Shown piece after piece: positions 60,622-61,790 of a stretch of 61,790 bases of DNA (its first letter is position 1; each line of letters starts with the position of its first letter). The notes beneath the pieces were generated by a model. It saw only the letters and a list, made by a program, of their open reading frames with translations. It made no database searches and was not told the origin of the DNA. The position numbers were made by a program, and so were the translations under genes. Origin of the DNA: Streptosporangiaceae bacterium (GTDB taxonomy: Bacteria; Actinomycetota; Actinomycetes; Streptosporangiales; Streptosporangiaceae); contig JBAPYC010001315.1 in assembly GCA_049284535.1 (NCBI GenBank), positions 1-61,790 on the forward strand, given 5' to 3'.

Positions 60622-60859
60622 TGGCGTATCCGTCCTAGGGCGAACCCTCGGCTTACCAGGTACCCCACGCGGGCGCCTGCGCGGGCAGAGACCTCCCGGC
60701 TACCGGGCCTCGAGGCGAACTGCTGCCCGGTACCTGGCATGAGGCATCTCCGGGTCGGGTGGTTGACCATACCGCCGCCGTAAGGAACAGGCTGTACCTG
60801 CGAAAACACCAGCCATCGCGCCGGTTGCTGTCTTTCGTGGTTCTCGTTGCGGTCTCACC

Positions 60860-61790
60860 TTAACGGGTTGCGGGCGCGGCTTCCCGGCTGTGGTCGGTTG
60901 CCTTCCTGCGGAGCGGCCCCAGAGATATGCGGCCCGCGCGGTGGAGGGCATCCTCGTTCGGCTTGATAAGCATCGTGGTGGCAGTCAGCCAAAGCGCGGC
61001 GAACAGCAGGCTGGCAAGGATGTCGGTGGGGTGATGCTCGCCCCGGTACATGCGGGCCAGAGCGATCATAACCGGCATGACCACCGCGGGGATCAGGAAC
61101 AGGTAGCGCCACCAGCGGCGGGCGTGGCCGATGACCAAGATGGCGATTCCAGCGTAAAGGCACGTGGTCGCGGCCATGTGACCGGACGGGAACGCTGAGG
61201 TGGGCAGGTTCGAGTCGAGGTGGGCAACGTCAGGGCGCGGGCGCATAACCACCGCGGCGATCGCCAGGAAGGCCGCCAGTTCGCCGAACATGAGCACAGC
61301 GAGGAAGGTCACCGGCCGCCACCGGCGGGTGACGGCGAGGAACACGACACAGGTGATAACGGCCACGATGAGGATGTCCTGAGAGGCCCCGAGGTTGCTG
61401 ACGATCCCGCTCCAGTGGTTCAGCGCCGACGTCCGGTGCGCGGCGAACCAGTGCGGGATCGTGCTGTCACCGAGCAGGTTGCCGTTCGCATTGTGGGTGA
61501 TCATGATCAGCTTGCCGATGCCGGTGAGGGCACCGGAAATCAGCACCCAGATCACCACGACTCCGGCAGCGATACGGCCGTACCTGCGAGCGCGGTCATG
61601 ATGCATGGTCGTCTCCCGTTCTGCTGGCTGGAGATCGGCGCGGGCCTCGGGCTCAAGGCCCTCGGTCACCGGATCGGTCACCGGCGCCCCAGTGGCCTGG
61701 CGGGATAGCTCGAAGGCGAAAGCGGTGATGCCCAGCCAGGTGATACCGAGCGCCCAGCCGCCGAGCACGTCAGAGACGTAATGCACGCCG
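60860..61790 (-). CDS. PAP2-superfamily phosphatase (partial; N-terminus beyond the window end)
   Basis: SAFPSGHMAATT...ARMYRGEHHPTDILAS (PSGH and SR-x5-H-x3-D motifs). The first residues in the window, HYVSDVLGGWALG, look like the end of another PAP2 motif. The protein is therefore either a tandem PAP2 or continues upstream. Confidence 0.7.
   Translation of the reverse strand, partial: GVHYVSDVLGGWALGITWLGITAFAFELSRQATGAPVTDPVTEGLEPEARADLQPAERETTMHHDRARRYGRIAAGVVVIWVLISGALTGIGKLIMITHNANGNLLGDSTIPHWFAAHRTSALNHWSGIVSNLGASQDILIVAVITCVVFLAVTRRWRPVTFLAVLMFGELAAFLAIAAVVMRPRPDVAHLDSNLPTSAFPSGHMAATTCLYAGIAILVIGHARRWWRYLFLIPAVVMPVMIALARMYRGEHHPTDILASLLFAALWLTATTMLIKPNEDALHRAGRISLGPLRRKATDHSREAAPATR

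Overview
High-GC (roughly 70% by eye) actinobacterial chromosomal DNA. All family calls come from reading motifs in the supplied translations and from my own reverse-strand translations. No searches or computations were run.

Layout:
(1) 1-10.7 kb is a conserved core. It holds holB (partial, open at the window edge), an MFS-thymidylate kinase fusion, topA, a small DUF5703-like gene, a two-gene operon of multi-domain chaplin-like surface proteins, an M20 peptidase and tRNA-Leu(GAG).
(2) 10.7-58.4 kb is a mosaic of about 48 kb attached to the 3' end of that tRNA. At least nine direct, degenerate copies of the tRNA 3' end cut it into five cargo blocks. The most distal copy matches the tRNA 17/17.
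- Block 1, 10.7-30.7 kb: a betaine/dimethylglycine-type catabolic cassette, then a stretch of dead recombinase and toxin-antitoxin genes, then uncharacterised genes including two nucleotidyltransferase-fold proteins.
- Block 2, 30.9-36.1 kb: a compact cassette with a GTP cyclohydrolase II-RibD_C fusion, a PTPS-like enzyme, a dehydrogenase, a glycosyltransferase and a phosphatase.
- Block 3, 36.1-52.0 kb: a tight operon (haloperoxidase-like hydrolase, DUF4331, DyP, PEBP, PrpD) downstream of a LuxR/LAL regulator, plus an IclR / PEP-mutase-family / aconitase-like operon.
- Block 4, 52.1-56.1 kb: an AlbA_2/HATPase_c_4 protein and two unknowns.
- Block 5, 56.5-58.4 kb: a saccharopine-dehydrogenase-like gene and a decayed DUF433/DUF5615 pair.
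Every integrase, recombinase and transposase I can see is truncated or carries nonsense or frameshift lesions.
(3) 58.4-61.8 kb looks like core again: a DUF1206 membrane protein, a frameshifted DAG-kinase-family gene and a PAP2 phosphatase (partial).

The best candidates for something undescribed are:
- the block-2 biosynthetic cassette;
- the nucleotidyltransferase-containing genes at 26.2-30.4 kb and their neighbours at 23.1-26.1 kb;
- the DUF4331 gene flanked by two paralogous unknowns inside the DyP operon;
- the block-4 three-gene islet;
- the paired tRNA-like junction modules themselves.

No CRISPR array, rRNA or intact mobile element was seen. Many long ORFs in the track are antisense artefacts of high GC.
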